From the NCBI GenBank assembly GCA_051362555.1, contig CM120648.1:20379557-20443556 (forward strand): a DNA stretch of 64,000 nt, written 5' to 3'. This document shows positions 26,207 through 40,265 of the stretch, piece after piece (positions within the stretch are counted from its first letter, which is position 1; every line of letters begins with the position of its first letter). The position numbers and the translations under genes are program-made. The notes beneath the pieces are model-generated. The model did no database searches. It saw only the letters and a program-made list of their open reading frames with translations, and was not told where the DNA came from. This DNA is from Lingula anatina (Eukaryota > Animalia > Brachiopoda).

Positions 26207-29200
26207 TCAGCAACTTAAAAAAAATATATATATATATACGCATTCTACATATCATAATATGATACAGACCGTAGCTAGTTTTGAAGGAAACATGAATACT
26301 TCTATAATCAGTGTGCAAGTACCAGCCTGGTGATGATACTTATTTATTTATTTTTTTTTTCAAATCATAATGTAATCACTGTTGACTCCAAGATTGCTTC
26401 TCTAAAAAAAACCTAAGGACACATGAGAACTAACGTACGCCAGTGAATTTGATATCTCTGGCCAAAGTAAGGTACCCAGTCTTTGCAGCTGAGTATGTCA
26501 GTGGTTCAAAATGAATCCACAGGTGAACAGAGGGATTGCAAGGCAATGTAGAGAAAAAAGTATGCTGTGCACGCAAAAGATCAATCAAATAGATCATTCA
26601 ATGCGTCACTCAAATAAAGATTGGCATCGCAAAAGAAGGACCAATTTTAGCACTTTCTGGTCGGAAGCTAGATACATATATCAATCATTCCCGGTCTCTT
26701 AAAAATTTGCCAAATGACGTAGTAAAGTATGGCGCATAACTGCTGTGCACACAGTAGTAAAGATATTTAAACAAGAGACAGAATGACCAAGGCTTTTATA
26801 AAGCACACAATGAAAACAGAAAGTATCTGAAATATGACAAGATTCCCTTTGTTACTTCTTTAATTCATGCTATTTGAAACTACATGAGGGTATGTGGTCG
26901 GGTATTGTGGCAAATATTTTTCTCCATAAGTAACTTTAACATTTAGCAGTCAAATACAATGCAGTAGAACAGTAATATCTTACCTGCCGCCATTCACAAA
27001 GCAATGTGCAGGAGGGCCTCCAGAACAGGGGTTAGCATAGTCAGTAGAATCACCATCGAAATCTCCACACAGCCCATTTAGTTGACCAGCATATGTGTCT
27101 GTTGTAATGAAAAACATTTTAAATGCTACTGAACAACATTTGACGTAGTTAGATAGTTTTACAATATTAACATAAACAATGGTCACCATTTGTGTTTATT
27201 CCCTCATGTCTGTCTGGTCATGTCCGTCATGAAAATGGAGTCCTTAAGTCATCTGAATGCAATGGATGGAGAAAAAGACTTTGGACAGATGAGTAGCTTT
27301 GTAAAGGAATTACCAAAGTTTTGGGCAACTTAAACAAATCGAACACATTTGCTTCTTATGAGACCCACAAATAAGCCCTCGTGTCATTTTAAAATTGTCT
27401 TAATTAGTTAAACGTTTTGAAAAATATTACTTTTTTATCTGGCGGGATTTTGTGGACATTTAACCACCAATCAATCACTGGATATCAATGTTTTAACCGT
27501 TCCGTTTTTTAAATATTATCTTTGCCCCCTCCCCTCTCTCTTTGTCCTTGTTAATGATTTTATATGAGCGCCTGCATATTTGCCAATTTACTTGGAACGG
27601 TTATGATGGCTCTATGTCCTTTACGTCTTGATTCGCCAACAGGGGTGGTGAGTGCAACTTTCACAACATCAGGCACCTCCACAACAGTCCTTGGGAAGTC
27701 TTCTGGGTTCAAAGACAACATCACACCATTGCCTACGTCTTGTGGGGTCGTTGTTGCAACAATTGTTGCATTGTTAACCTGGAGTGTAAAGACACTAAGT
27801 GAGGATTAATTAACTTATCAGGTCGTGATCAAAGATTCAGTGATGTTACTGACAACCTATGTTGTTATATTTTTATGGCTGATATGTTGACACTTTAGAA
27901 AATGGTTTGATGAAGTCTGTTTTACACTTACAAGGGGACAGTTTTAGCATACATGTATTATTTCGTCATATGCATTAATTTGTACTTTTCTATGGCTTGC
28001 GTGTGTTATCCTGGTGGTTTTACTGACAACAATTGGTTAAACTCATTCAAACACACCTTCACTGTTCCATCTGTAGTTATCTGAATGGCCATACCGCGCA
28101 CTTCTATCAAAACCTGCTGGATCATGGTCCTGTTACTCCCAGGTTTATTAGGGATAAATGTACCGGTTATGTTGAATTGCTCGGCTGCTCCTGGCAGGGT
28201 ATCTGACAGTATATATGTGCAGAGTCCGCTGAAAAGGTACTGATACCCATCGAATTGTATAAAATGGGGGTCCCCTCTGATTATACACTGGCCGCCTGGA
28301 AATTGTAAAATGATATTCATTATATCTTCTTCTTAATAATTTACATTGTTGTTAGCTATATTTCCTATTGTGGTTTTCAGAAGGAGAGCATATAAAGCCT
28401 GAATAGCGAATTGTCACGTTTATATACTGTATATGTGTGAAGAAATACGTTTCATGAATAAATAGTTTTATAGTGTAATGCCCAGACTGATGTACCTACA
28501 TAGAGGCCACACCCAATGTATTAAAATCTTACCACCAGAGTACAGGACCCACTGTCTTTCAGGATATGGTGTTGCAACTAAACAAAAACCACCCAGTCCG
28601 TTCAGAATGAGGGGTAAATTGCCACCAAAACGCATTTTTCAAGGCCCTTAGCGAACACCAAACTGGTTTTAGCAGGTTAGAATACCAGACGACCTCCGAA
28701 GAACCTACTGTAAACAGCAAAACATCGTTGTATGTTTCTCTAATGAATTGGGGACCCTGACCGTTTCTGGGATGAACAATGAAACCTCGTGGCTTTCTTT
28801 ATTGAGGTCAGATTTCACCTGTACCGCTCAACTTATCAAAACAAAGTTTACAGACATCCAGAAGAGGCCAACGACGAAGTGTGTGCCGCGTCTAAAGTGA
28901 CTTAGGTCATTAACAGCGTCAGTATTTGAAGTGGATACCACATTGGTGCCAAAACACCAATGGGAGTCATCGATTAAATAAAGGAATAATCTGGGAACCA
29001 CTTGACTATCATTTGATAGGGGGCACCCTAAGAACAATTTTAGGTTGTACGGTGAGATTGCCGGTTCACACAGAGCACTTTTAATAGCAGATTACTTAGA
29101 GAACCAAGGGAATGAACAGCTACCTTGGTCATCAAAACCGCCATATTTGAACCACGTAGACAATATGTGGGTAGGCCATCACTCGCCAAATGAATGGCCT

Positions 29201-30655
29201 ACATGTCCTACATCAAAACTGGACCAAATTGGACAGATTTTGACCTATCCCTGGAATCTTATTCCAGATTGAACTTTAAAAACCTATCCCAAGGAATGCC
29301 TTGCCACTTGAGAGCGCTGGTAGCAGCCAGAAGAGGTCAGACGTAACAGCGACTGTTACTGTGACTAGACACTGACATGAGGGTCCTTTGTGGAGCGTGT
29401 AACTCTTTTACAGACAATAATTTGGAAAATATGGAGATCCAAAATATCTCTTTTAATGGTTGTCGTATGAAGTAGAAAAGGCAATGTGTTTTTGTTTGCT
29501 TCTCTGGCGAATTCCATTAATGAACTGATGTCACAATGACATCAAAGAGATAATTAAAAGTTATTAGAGCACGATTTTATTCCTTATTTTCATTTATCAG
29601 TCAGCAAAATAGGTAAAAACTGATGAAAAATGATTTGGAAAAAAATATTCCATATTAAATGTCAAGTCTGTAGTAATTGAGGCAACACGTCAGCTTGTAA
29701 TGTGAATAAATTGTTTTAATAATGTTTCTTTCTTTGTTATGTCTAAACAGTAATCTATTTGTACACAGGTCGCGATGATGAAAATTTTAAACTTTTTGAG
29801 ACGGGGTGATTTGTTGATCATGCTGATGTACGATGCTGATGCATGTTTATCAAATTCAATTTTTGACCACAGAACACTTCATATTGAATTAAATAACTGA
29901 TACTAAATTAAACTAGCAGTTATCTTGCAACACTTAAAACATGATCAGCTGCGCTTGCCAAGCTAGTGAACATAAGGATAGGTGGCCACGGGAGTGGCAC
30001 GCGTTAGCATGGGTTCTAGCATCTTAAAGCTATAATCCTATCGCCGCAACAAACAATGGGCACCTTCTGGCTGATGTATCCTGCTGTTAATTACACCTAG
30101 TCACAGCGGATTGTCGCGCTCGCGCTGGACCACAGAAACAGGCGTCATGGGGTTCACTCGCCTAAGGTATTGTGTGTTATTACGCCTAAACTATTGTGTT
30201 TTTGCGTTCGAATTTTGAAGGGATTAGACGGCTTTCCATTGTTTGTCCGCCCCCTTCTATTCACAGGATAGGGATTAAAACATTCTGACGCTTTTAAAAC
30301 GTCGTACAACGGAAACATAATTATTATTTCTACTGTAAATAATGTAAAAATATGATTAATAAAACTAATCCCCCTATTTACCTGTCTGAGTGCTGGTGTC
30401 CCCTAGGCAATACTCCTGGTAATCTGAACAACAGCTGCCATAGAGATAGCATGCTTCATCACAGAAACAAGAGTCAGGGCCAGTCCCATATACACAGTAC
30501 CCGTCCTCCCCCGGGCAGCACTGGTCCTGTTTCTGACCTGGTCGTTGGGAGCACAGACCATCCACAAGTACGGGTAGTGCCAGGGTGAGGAATAATACGG
30601 TCAAAACACGTGTCACGCCGAAATGGGGTAGACGGGATTGCAAAAAGTTTGCCAT
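26207..30655 (-). CDS. Secreted somatomedin-B-like + VWD domain protein (~288 aa). Exons 30655-30382, 28577-28533, 28295-28057, 27778-27592, 27098-26984, 26213-26207
   Basis: Signal peptide (VLTVLFLTLALPVLVDG), SMB-type CFCDEACYLYGSCCSDY..YC, and VWD motifs CIIRGDPHFIQFDG..Y.F.GLCTYIL and YAGQLNGLCGDFDGD. All junctions are GT-AG and phase-compatible (867 nt). The 45 nt exon and the terminal exon are less certain. Confidence 0.75.
28590..29670 (+). mobile_element. Degenerate Tc1 relic in an intron of the SMB-VWD gene
   Basis: Direct-repeat homolog of 22975-23668. HIGAKTPMGVID matches HAGAKTPLVVID in the 41417 ORF. Same right TIR plus TA. Confidence 0.75.
29800..30337. mobile_element. Dispersed repeat; second copy at ~46985-47513, inverted fragment at ~49075-49135
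   Basis: Shared core aagctataatcctatcgccgcaacaaacaat...gctgatgtatcctgctgttaattacacctag. Both long copies end in ACTGTA. Confidence 0.7.
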
Positions 30656-31989
30656 TGTAAAAGTAATGTTCTTGATTTCACTTTGACCTGAAAACCCTGG
30701 TAAAAAAATCTGGAAAGTAAAGAAGGTGCAAAATAACTTGTCGATGGCTTGGAGAGTTCTAGAATGAATGAGTGACAGGAAACGGTATTAAGATTATTAA
30801 AAGACTAGAAATTATCAGAGTGTATGCCTGTCTTACTTTATTTCTAAGGCCATATCTTATGCTATATTACAGTAGGGGGTAGCAGGTAGCAGCGGATGAT
30901 TTAATACAGGAATACCATCGATAGTATCACCCCACAGAATATCACGATCCACAAATGTTTTCTAGAACATCCATTAAATATACACATAAGTCTATTCTCC
31001 TGCAATGTGTCTGGTACAGTTGTATATCAGTACCAGTAGGAAGCACATACTTCGTCTACAAATGCAAACGACGGAGGTGCCGTACTAGTTATTGCCGTAT
31101 AATTACCCCGAGATGTGCATGTAAAAATTATCTATAAAATTTAGTTTTTGAAGCGTCAGCTAAATTCTAGTAATATGCAAAACGAAAAAAATAGAGATAT
31201 TGACCCACTGTACAATAATTCCTAAGAATACGTCAACGGCGTAGTTTGTCGGCAGATAAATGTGATTTCATTCTTGGCTGACTAAGGAAAGGTTTGAAAG
31301 AGCATTCAAAAAGGCGTGCGCGCTAATAGCGAGTAAGAAATGTGCTGCAATCAGGACGAACAATATTGATAATTAGTGGACGGCCACTTATGACGTTTAT
31401 TGGGGGCGCCACTGACTGAGCTGCCCGGGCTGTTTGTGGCTCTCCTAGTTTGTGATTTTTGTAACTGGGAGGAGTTTTATTGACACTCAATTTTTTACAC
31501 AACACTTTTTAAATGGTTCAGGAATCCTTTGATTGCAAAATTACAGAAGTTTGGACACTGGTTTGGTGATATGTGGACAGTTGCTGTCCTATCTAAGGAT
31601 TGTAACCAAATCTTTAGCCGGCATAGTCCTCTGTATGCATTATTAACACAGCTAATACCAGCTATTTGACCAAGTAGGATTCTGTTCATCCAAGAAAATG
31701 AACCTTGGGGCATTCACAAGTACAGCTCACAACACATGGGCCCACACAAGGAACTTCCCAATTGACATAAATGCCAGGAGGAAGTATTGTCTGTCAGCCT
31801 ACACTTGGACTATAATTAAGAATCTAAACATCAACAGGCAAGTAATGGGATCACATGATGGAGTGAACCACAGAAGAACCATAACAATTGTTAAGTCAAA
31901 GTCAAAGCCACTGTTTCAACTGGTAAAACAAACTGGACCTAAATCTGCAAATGTAATACACATTAAAAGGACATAGTCTCTTTTTAAAA

Positions 31990-32643
31990 AGCTGAAGCTC
32001 AAATGTGCTCTATGGAACGCTAGATCCCTTTCGGAAAAAAAATAGTCAGCTTGGCATCCCACATCTATGAAGAAAACTTGGACATTTTTTCTCCTGACAG
32101 AAACTTGGATCAGATCTAAAGAAGACCCAATAATCTCAGAGATTACATCAAGTTTACACGGGTATTCCTTCCATCATGAATGTCAGACTGGAAAGAGAGG
32201 TGGAAGAGAAGCTATTTTAGCCCATCCAATTTATCTCAACAGTTTATTATCAAGGTAGCGCGCGCTGTGCCTCAGTGGATTCTTTTGTTCTATTGCATGG
32301 ATAACGCAATTTCTCGCGGTCCCTCGTGGTTGCTATGATACAGCATTGCCGCCATCTTGCAGTTGCTAGGACATAGGATTAATTGCGTCAACACGTGGAA
32401 ATTTGTTTCGGGTTTTCAGTATCTTTTCCTGTTATCTCATTAAAACGGGCTCCGACGTTTGTCTATACTTGTTATCATTTCCAAGATTGTATTGATATAT
32501 GTTGAGCCGATATATAACTGGTTTTAAAGCAATGTATCGGCCGATTCATGTGTGGTGCCATTTTCCAACGAAAGCCGATATTGAGAGTAAACAAATTATC
32601 AATTAACATCCCCAAATTCGAGCAGACAATAGCCGGTAAAATG

Positions 32644-32736
<93 letters not shown>

Positions 32737-35700
32737 TAAAAGTGTTGATGTCAACTTTGATAAAAGGATATTAGGCTTCATTCACATGCAATGTCTATTT
32801 TCTAAATTCTATTTTCTATTCGCGGTATGTCTTATGATCACGGTCTCTGCCCTGAATATCCCGCGGCGTAATTACTGGCAGCGCGAGCCAGTTACTATAA
32901 GTTACTATAAGTAACTGGCTCGCGCTGCCAGTAATTACGAGGCGGGATATTAAGGGCACAGACCGTGATCATAAGATAGCGCGAATAGAAAATAGATTTT
33001 TAGAAAATAGACATTCCATGTGAACGAAGCCTTAAAAGCACCCTGGGTGCATTTTTGTGTGTCACAAATGCATGTGTTTTGCCATATTGCAACGAGAACC
33101 GATATTGAGGATAAAAAATATTAATTAGCATCCCTAAATTCGAGAAGACGTTGGCCAGTAAAATGAACACATATATACAGTTCAAGAAAGTGTTGATGTC
33201 AACTTTGATAAAGGAATATTAAAAGGAATTACAGGTGCATTTTTGTGTGTCATAAATGCGTGTGGTGCCATACTGCAACGAGAGCCGATATTGACAGTAA
33301 AATATTTAAATTATTATCCCAAAAATTGCGCATATTTTAGCAAGTAGTACGGATATATACATAAAGTATACAGCATTGTTGATTTCATCATTATTTAAAG
33401 GATGCATAAAATAATACCAGCCTAAAAGAAATGTCAGCGAGCCTAAGAAGTCTAAGAAATCGGAGAGAAATTGCATCATTTTTATTCAAGACACCATTGA
33501 AGGTTTCATTATTGCTGCATCTCAGGCTAATTTCTCACATAGAGAGAAAATTTGGACACTAGAAATATTTTCCAATCGGATCATAGCTAAAAACAAGTAT
33601 ACTACACTACAATTGTACAATTTTGAATGCTCATTTTACGGCAACAAACAGGATTGCCTTTACCACATACTGCATTTTGAATTCCTCCATGAACAAACAA
33701 ATTCTCACATAGCTTCCAAATTGATAAAACAAATTGTACTTATACAGTGCACTTAATCTCTGTAAGTTTATTGTCTCATCCATCCGAAGGATTGACTCGC
33801 GTTATCGCGAACTACCTGCCCAAATGATACAAAAAAGTCATCGACAACTGCGATATGCTAGCTAACTGTACGGGAGGTCACGTGATCCGAACGCACATGA
33901 TTTCGCGATGAGCTCGCGTTAATCCGATTATCCTTTGATCTTGCCCCGCGTTTCATGTCCTTCTCTAATTATGTCCAAGGGTTAAGAAAGAAAAACATTC
34001 ATGAAATCAAAAGAATCTTAAGAATTTTTTTACATCAAAAAGTGAAACTCTACAATTTCTTCTCATCTACCGTCCTCCAAGCAACCCGATCTCGGACCTC
34101 TTCAGTGAATTTGCAACCCTATTGGAAAAGATCGTCCCAAAAACAGGCCATCTCATAATTGCCGGGGATTTCAATACTCACGTTGATAACTCTCATCCCC
34201 GTGATTCCTCACTTTTGAATGGAATTATATTTTCTAGAGATCTTCAACATGTACAGCACATCAACTTCCCAACTCACCAAACAGGGCACACTCTTGACTT
34301 ACTGGTAACTCGCGCATCAGATAACTGACTCAACAGACTACTTGAATTCAGGCCACAGTCTCACAGAATTCTGTCTGACTGTGGTTCGTCCTCCTCCGGT
34401 CAAAACTACAACGTAGAAATCTGAAGGAAATTGACTCTGATGTTCTTAAAGCAAAGCTTCAGTCTGCCTTTAACTCCTTCCCACCCGATACCAATGCAAT
34501 TGGAAACACTAATTCAGAAGATGTGGACAATCTTCTGCATTCATATCACAACACCAAATGTGAGCGTAAATGGAACAATACTGGTCTGGAAGTCCATCGT
34601 CTTATTCACTAAGGCAAACGTCAAGAGATCTGTCGCCGTGATGATCAACAGATATCTGACTACGACAAAAAACGCATAGACAACTCGGATATATACCAAA
34701 AGTATTTTTATGATTGTTGAGGAGTTTACCGGCTTTAAAATATCAGCAGCAAATATTAAACCAACACTTTACTCTGATGAACAACTTTGCTCTGTGTTCC
34801 TGGAGTTTTTAACTACAAAGTAGAAAAACGTAGAAAATCATTTGAAAGCGGGATTAACAACTCAGTTCTTCAAGAGGCTGATCCTCCTACATCTCCCAGC
34901 TTTTTCAGAGAATTCACCACCGCTACACTCGAACTAATAAAAAAGCTGATTAATGGCTCTAAGCCAAAATCTTTAGAACTGGACATCCTCCCATTTAACC
35001 TCACAAAGGAATGCATAGAAGAATTACTACCTTCCATTACTAAGTTTTTCAACACATCCCTTCAAGGGGTGTAGTTCCTAGATGCTTCAAGAATGCTATA
35101 ATCAGACCACTCATAAAAAAGGCCATAGGCAATCCAGACCCTAATGACTTGCAAAGCTACCGTCCCATCTCAAACCTCTCATTTCTCTCAAAAGTACTGA
35201 AGCATCTGGTAGCGACACAGCTAAGTGACTATCTGTATACTCATCCACATTTTGCAAAAGTTCAATCGGCTTATAGAGCTTACAGCACTGAAACGGCGCT
35301 GCTCAAGGTACACAACGATATTCTATAGGCATTTAATGATCAGAAACAAGTGGTCCTATTACTACTTGATTTGTCGGCAGCCTTTGTCCGCAGCCTTTGA
35401 AAAATCGTTTCGGTATAGATGGTATTGCATTGACATAGTTCAAATCATTCCTGACTGAGCGCGAACAACCAGCCTCAATAGGCACATACAAATCACCGTC
35501 AACACAACTAGCTTGTGGCGTACCACAAGGCTCTGCATGTACTCGGCCCCATCCTGTTCACTCTTTACACGTCACTTATTGAGGACATTGTCTCTAAGTA
35601 CGGTTTCAACCTAATGCTCTATGCAGACGACCCACAAATTTATATTGTTTGTGACGGGCCATCAGATGTAATACCATATATCCAGGAATGTATTAGTCAG

Positions 35701-36715
35701 TTGAGTCAATGGCTTGATGCCAATTTACTGGTTTTCAATGATGGCAAAACAGAAGTAGTTCGTTTTATCTCTCGTTTTTCTAAAGATGCAGAAAATTAGA
35801 ACTATTAGAAATCAGAAACAGCGTGGTCACGGTAAAAGACGAGGTTAAAAACCTAGGAGCATTTTTTGGTAATAGGTGCGATTTGGCTGCTGACATCAGT
35901 AAAAAATGGAGAGCCGCTTTCTATGATCTTAAAAAATCTCCAAACTATCCCATATCCTTGACAAAGGTTAAATGGAGAGGCTTGTCCATGCCTTCATAAC
36001 TTCACATCTTGACTACGGAAACAGTCTACTGTATGGTCTTCCTACCTACCAAATTGATAAACCACAATCTGTTCAAAATGCTGCAGCATGACTACTTACC
36101 GAAACCCCACTCAGATCAAACATTTCACTTATTTTATTCGAACTACATTGGCTTCCCGTGCGACAGAGAATTGTTTTTAAATTACTGCTGTTTGTTTTTA
36201 AATTCACCAGGGGTGGATGCCCTTCATATCTTAACTCTATATTACAAGTTCAGCCAATCTCGCTAGGTCTACCAGATCCACCTCCACTCTTTGTTTTACC
36301 AGTAATGATAACAAAAAATAATAATAAATAAATAAATATTAACGACAACAACAACCAAAACCTACGGCCACAGGGCAATTCCATTTGCAGCACCCATGGA
36401 ATGAACCATCCTCACACATTCGGACTATTGATAATGTTGAGGTTTTTAAAAAAGACTTGAAAACATTCATATTTGCACAGTATTTCAATTAAAATGTAAT
36501 ACTTGAAACTTTACATTTTTTTCATTTTATCAGAAAAAAAGTTTTATTTTTTCAGACCATTACTATTTTAACCAGTATTAATCCTTTTAATTATTTTATT
36601 TACCTTAGCTTTTATTATTTATATAATTACTTGTAATCCTTATTTTGTTTGTAAACAGCACTGAGACGGTAGTGTAGTGCGGTTTTTAAGAAATAATAAT
36701 AATTATTATTATTAA
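31990..36715 (+). mobile_element. Decayed L2/CR1-group LINE (APE endonuclease + RT) interrupted by an insertion at ~32255-33975
   Basis: ALWNARS, LTETW, IIAGDFNTHVD, PTHQTGHTLDL, YRPISNLSFLSK, GVPQGS, YADDPQIY, AFITSHLDYGNSLL, LHWLPV; many frameshifts; (TAA/TTA) tail. 31330-31990 may be its upstream part. Confidence 0.9.
32774..33031. mobile_element. PIF/Harbinger-type palindromic MITE
   Basis: Near-complete 258 bp palindrome ggcttcattcacatg...catgtgaacgaagcc, flanked by TTA on both sides. Confidence 0.8.
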
Positions 36716-37182
36716 CCTCTAATTAAGCGAGGCTCATGTGCGTCTGTGTTGACTCCTTGCTGGGAAGGTGTAGCAGCCTCCTACGATCTCCTACTGCTGT
36801 GACTTATCACACAGTCATCTAACTTGCGGCTATGCGTCAGTTGCATTGTATTTATGAAGTAACACCTTTTCCTAAGGAAGGGGGCTGATGGTAATACTAC
36901 GGGAATTAAATCAATTATCGATTTTGCGCGTACCCCTAGTCCGGGTTCTAAATGGCTACATGGTAATAATGCAAATAGATTCAATATTCAGGGTTATTCA
37001 CCTAATGGAGTCATAATTCTAGATAACACATCATCGAACACGGTCAGTATGCATCTTACACACTGCTTTTCTTGCATTACAGGGTTAATACTTAATATGA
37101 AATATTATTTTTGTCCAGTAAATTTTCTACAAAATATATATTTTCTCTCTAACTATTCTAAATCCAAAACTGGGGTGTCACT

Positions 37183-40100
37183 CCATGTGTAGCCTGGTGT
37201 GTTACCTAATTACCATAGAACTCTCGAACCAATTGATGTATGCATGTGTACATGTGTAGCCTGTGTGCCCTTACGAAAATTTCCTATAGGATCCTATAGG
37301 ATTCCTATAGGATCGTATAGGATCCTATAGGAAATCTTATAGGATCCTATAGGGCACATTTCCTATAGGATTTCCTATAGGATCCTATTGGAAATTGTTG
37401 TAAGTTAAAATCTTCAGAAAAATGCATATCTTATAAACAAATATCATTCTAAACAATAGATATTTGATATAGGTAAATTTTATCACTTGAATTGTCAATT
37501 ATATATCACTATTAAAGCAAAAATGCTTTTTTATTGTTTATAATGCACAATCTTATAGTCTTTTATAGGATTCTATAGAAATTCTTAAATTTCTATTTTA
37601 AGGAAATCTTGAAAAAATTGATCATTTGTAAAGTAATCTTTTATGGAGAAATATTTTATCATTTTTATTTTTTTAAATTTATGTTCAGACCATTACAAAA
37701 ATTCCTATAGGATCCTATAGGAAATCTTATTGGAATTTCTATAGGACCTATAGGAAATCCTATGCTAATTCATACAGGGAATTTTTATAAAGGCGGGTTG
37801 AATAAAAATAATGAATCTAGTCTAAATATCAGTATATAATTTTAATTTTTAATCTATGTTCAGACCATTACAAAAATTCCTATAGGATCCTATAGGAAAT
37901 CTTATAGGAATTTCTATAGGAACCTATAGGAAATCCTATGCTAATTCATATAGTGAATTTTTATAAAGCCGGGTTGAATGAAAAATAATGAAACTGGTCT
38001 AAATATCAGTATATAATGTATTTTTACTTTTTGTGTGATCATATTCACTTACTTCATATTTCTTCTATTATATTGAAAGTCAACCTTATCTAATGAGATT
38101 TTACTTGACCTTGGCTGTTTTAAAAAGTGAAAGTGCAATCCTGCCTAATATATAAAATATAATGTTCGAACCTACACAAGAAAAAGACAGTGACGCCACA
38201 GCTTGACATTGTTGGATCCTTGTGATAACTTATAGAACTTATAATTAAAAAGCAGTAGCAACACCGTTAAATTTGCAAAAATCTATGAAACAATTCTCTA
38301 GTAAACTGGTTGCATACCATACTGTGGAATATGTACATACATTTATACATATTGAATAAAGAATGTAAACATGATACTCTCTTTTGTTTTGAGGGACCAG
38401 TGCCTATTACCAATTTTGCCAAAGATCCAACAATATATAAAAAGCTGTAAAAATATTCAAAGCAGTTAATATGAATTTCTATAGGTTCCTATAAGATTTC
38501 TTATAGGATCCTATAAGATTTTCTATAGGATTTCCTATAAGATTTCCTATAGGATTTCCTATAGGATCCTATAGGAAATCTTATAGGAAATCCTATAGGA
38601 AATTTTCGTAAGGGGCATGTACATGTGTAGCCTGCTGTGTTATGTAATTACCATAGAACTCTCGAGACAATTGATGTATGCATGTGTACATGTGTAGCCT
38701 GTGTGTACATGTGTAGCCTGTGTGTACATGTGTAGCCTGGTGTGTTATGTAATTACCATAGAACTCTCGAACCAATTGATGTATGCATATGTACATGTGT
38801 AGCCTGTGTGTACATGTGTAGCCTGGTGTGTTACCTAATTACCATAGAACTCTCGAACCAATCGATGTATGCATGTGTACATGTGTAGCCTGTGTGTACA
38901 TGTGTAGCCTGGTGTGTTACCTAATTACCATAGAACTCTCGAACCAATCGATGTATGCATGTGTACATGTGTAGCCTGTGTGTACATGTGTAGCCTGTGT
39001 GTACATGTGTAGCCTGTGTGTACATGTGTAGCCTGGTGTGTACATGTGTAGCCTGGTGTGTACATGTGTAGCCTGGTGTGTACATGTGTAGCCTGGTGTG
39101 TACATGTGTAGCCTGTGTGTACATGTGTAGCCTGGTGTGTTATGTAATTACCATAGAACTCTCGAACCAATCGATGTATGCATGTGTACATGTGTAGCCT
39201 GGTGTGTACATGTGTAGCCTGTGTGTACATGTGTAGCCTGTGTGTACATGTGTAGCCTGGTGTGTACATGTGTAGCCTGTGTGTACATGTGTAGCCTGGT
39301 GTGTTATGTAATTACCATAGAACTCTCGAACCAATCGATGTATGCATGTGTACATGTGTAGCCTGTGGGTACATGTGTAGCCTGGTGTGTTATGTAATTA
39401 CCATAGAACTCTCGAACCAATCGATGTATGCATGTGTACATGTGTAGCCTGTGTGTACATGTGTAGCCTGGTGTGTTATGTAATTACCATAGAACTCTCG
39501 AACCAATCGATGTATGCATGTGTACATGTGTAGCCTGTGTGTACATGTGTAGCCTGGTGTGTACATGTGTAGCCTGGTGTGTACATGTGTAGCCTGTGTG
39601 TACATGTGTAGCCTGTGTGTACATGTGTAGCCTGTGTGTACATGTGTAGCCTGGTGTGTACATGTGTAGCCTGGTGTGTACATGTGTAGCCTGTGTGTAC
39701 ATGTGTAGCCTGTGTGTACATGTGTAGCCTGTGTGTACATGTGTAGCCTGGTGTGTTATGTAATTACCATAGAACTCTCGAACCAATTGATGTATGCATG
39801 TGTACATGTGTAGCCTGTGTGTACATGTGTAGCCTGTGTGTACATGTGTAGCCTGGTGTGTACATGTGTAGCCTGGTGTGTACATGTGTAGCCTGTGTGT
39901 ACATGTGTAGCCTGTGTGTACATGTGTAGCCTGGTGTGTTATGTAATTACCATAGAACTCTCGAACCAATTGATGTATGCATGTGTACATGTGTAGCCTG
40001 TGTGTACATGTGTAGCCTGTGTGTACATGTGTAGCCTGGTGTGTACATGTGTAGCCTGGTGTGTACATGTGTAGCCTGTGTGTACATGTGTAGCCTGTGT

Positions 40101-40265
40101 GTACATGTGTAGCCTGTGTGTACATGTGTAGCCTGGTGTGTTATGTAATTACCATAGAACTCTCGAACCAATTGATGTATGCATGTGTACATGTGTAGCC
40201 TGTGTGTACATGTGTAGCCTGGTGTGTTACCTAATTACCATAGAACTCTCGAACCAATTGATGCA
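37183..40265. repeat. Compound minisatellite: 20/21 bp unit punctuated by a ~45 bp unit
   Basis: gtacatgtgtagcct(g)gtgt repeats interspersed with gttatgtaattaccatagaactctcgaaccaatcgatgtatgcat. Interrupted at 37268-38614. Confidence 0.9.
37268..38614. mobile_element. Non-autonomous TIR element with CCC...GGG ends (CMC/EnSpm-like) and subterminal CCTATAGG arrays
   Basis: TIRs cccttacgaaaatttcctatagg / cctataggaaattttcgtaaggg; internal ~175 bp duplication. Sits within the minisatellite. Confidence 0.75.

Noticed and set aside
38593-40192. His/Thr/Tyr-rich ORFs and a repeat-spacer pattern
   Set aside because: Translations of a minisatellite; the spacers are themselves tandem repeats.
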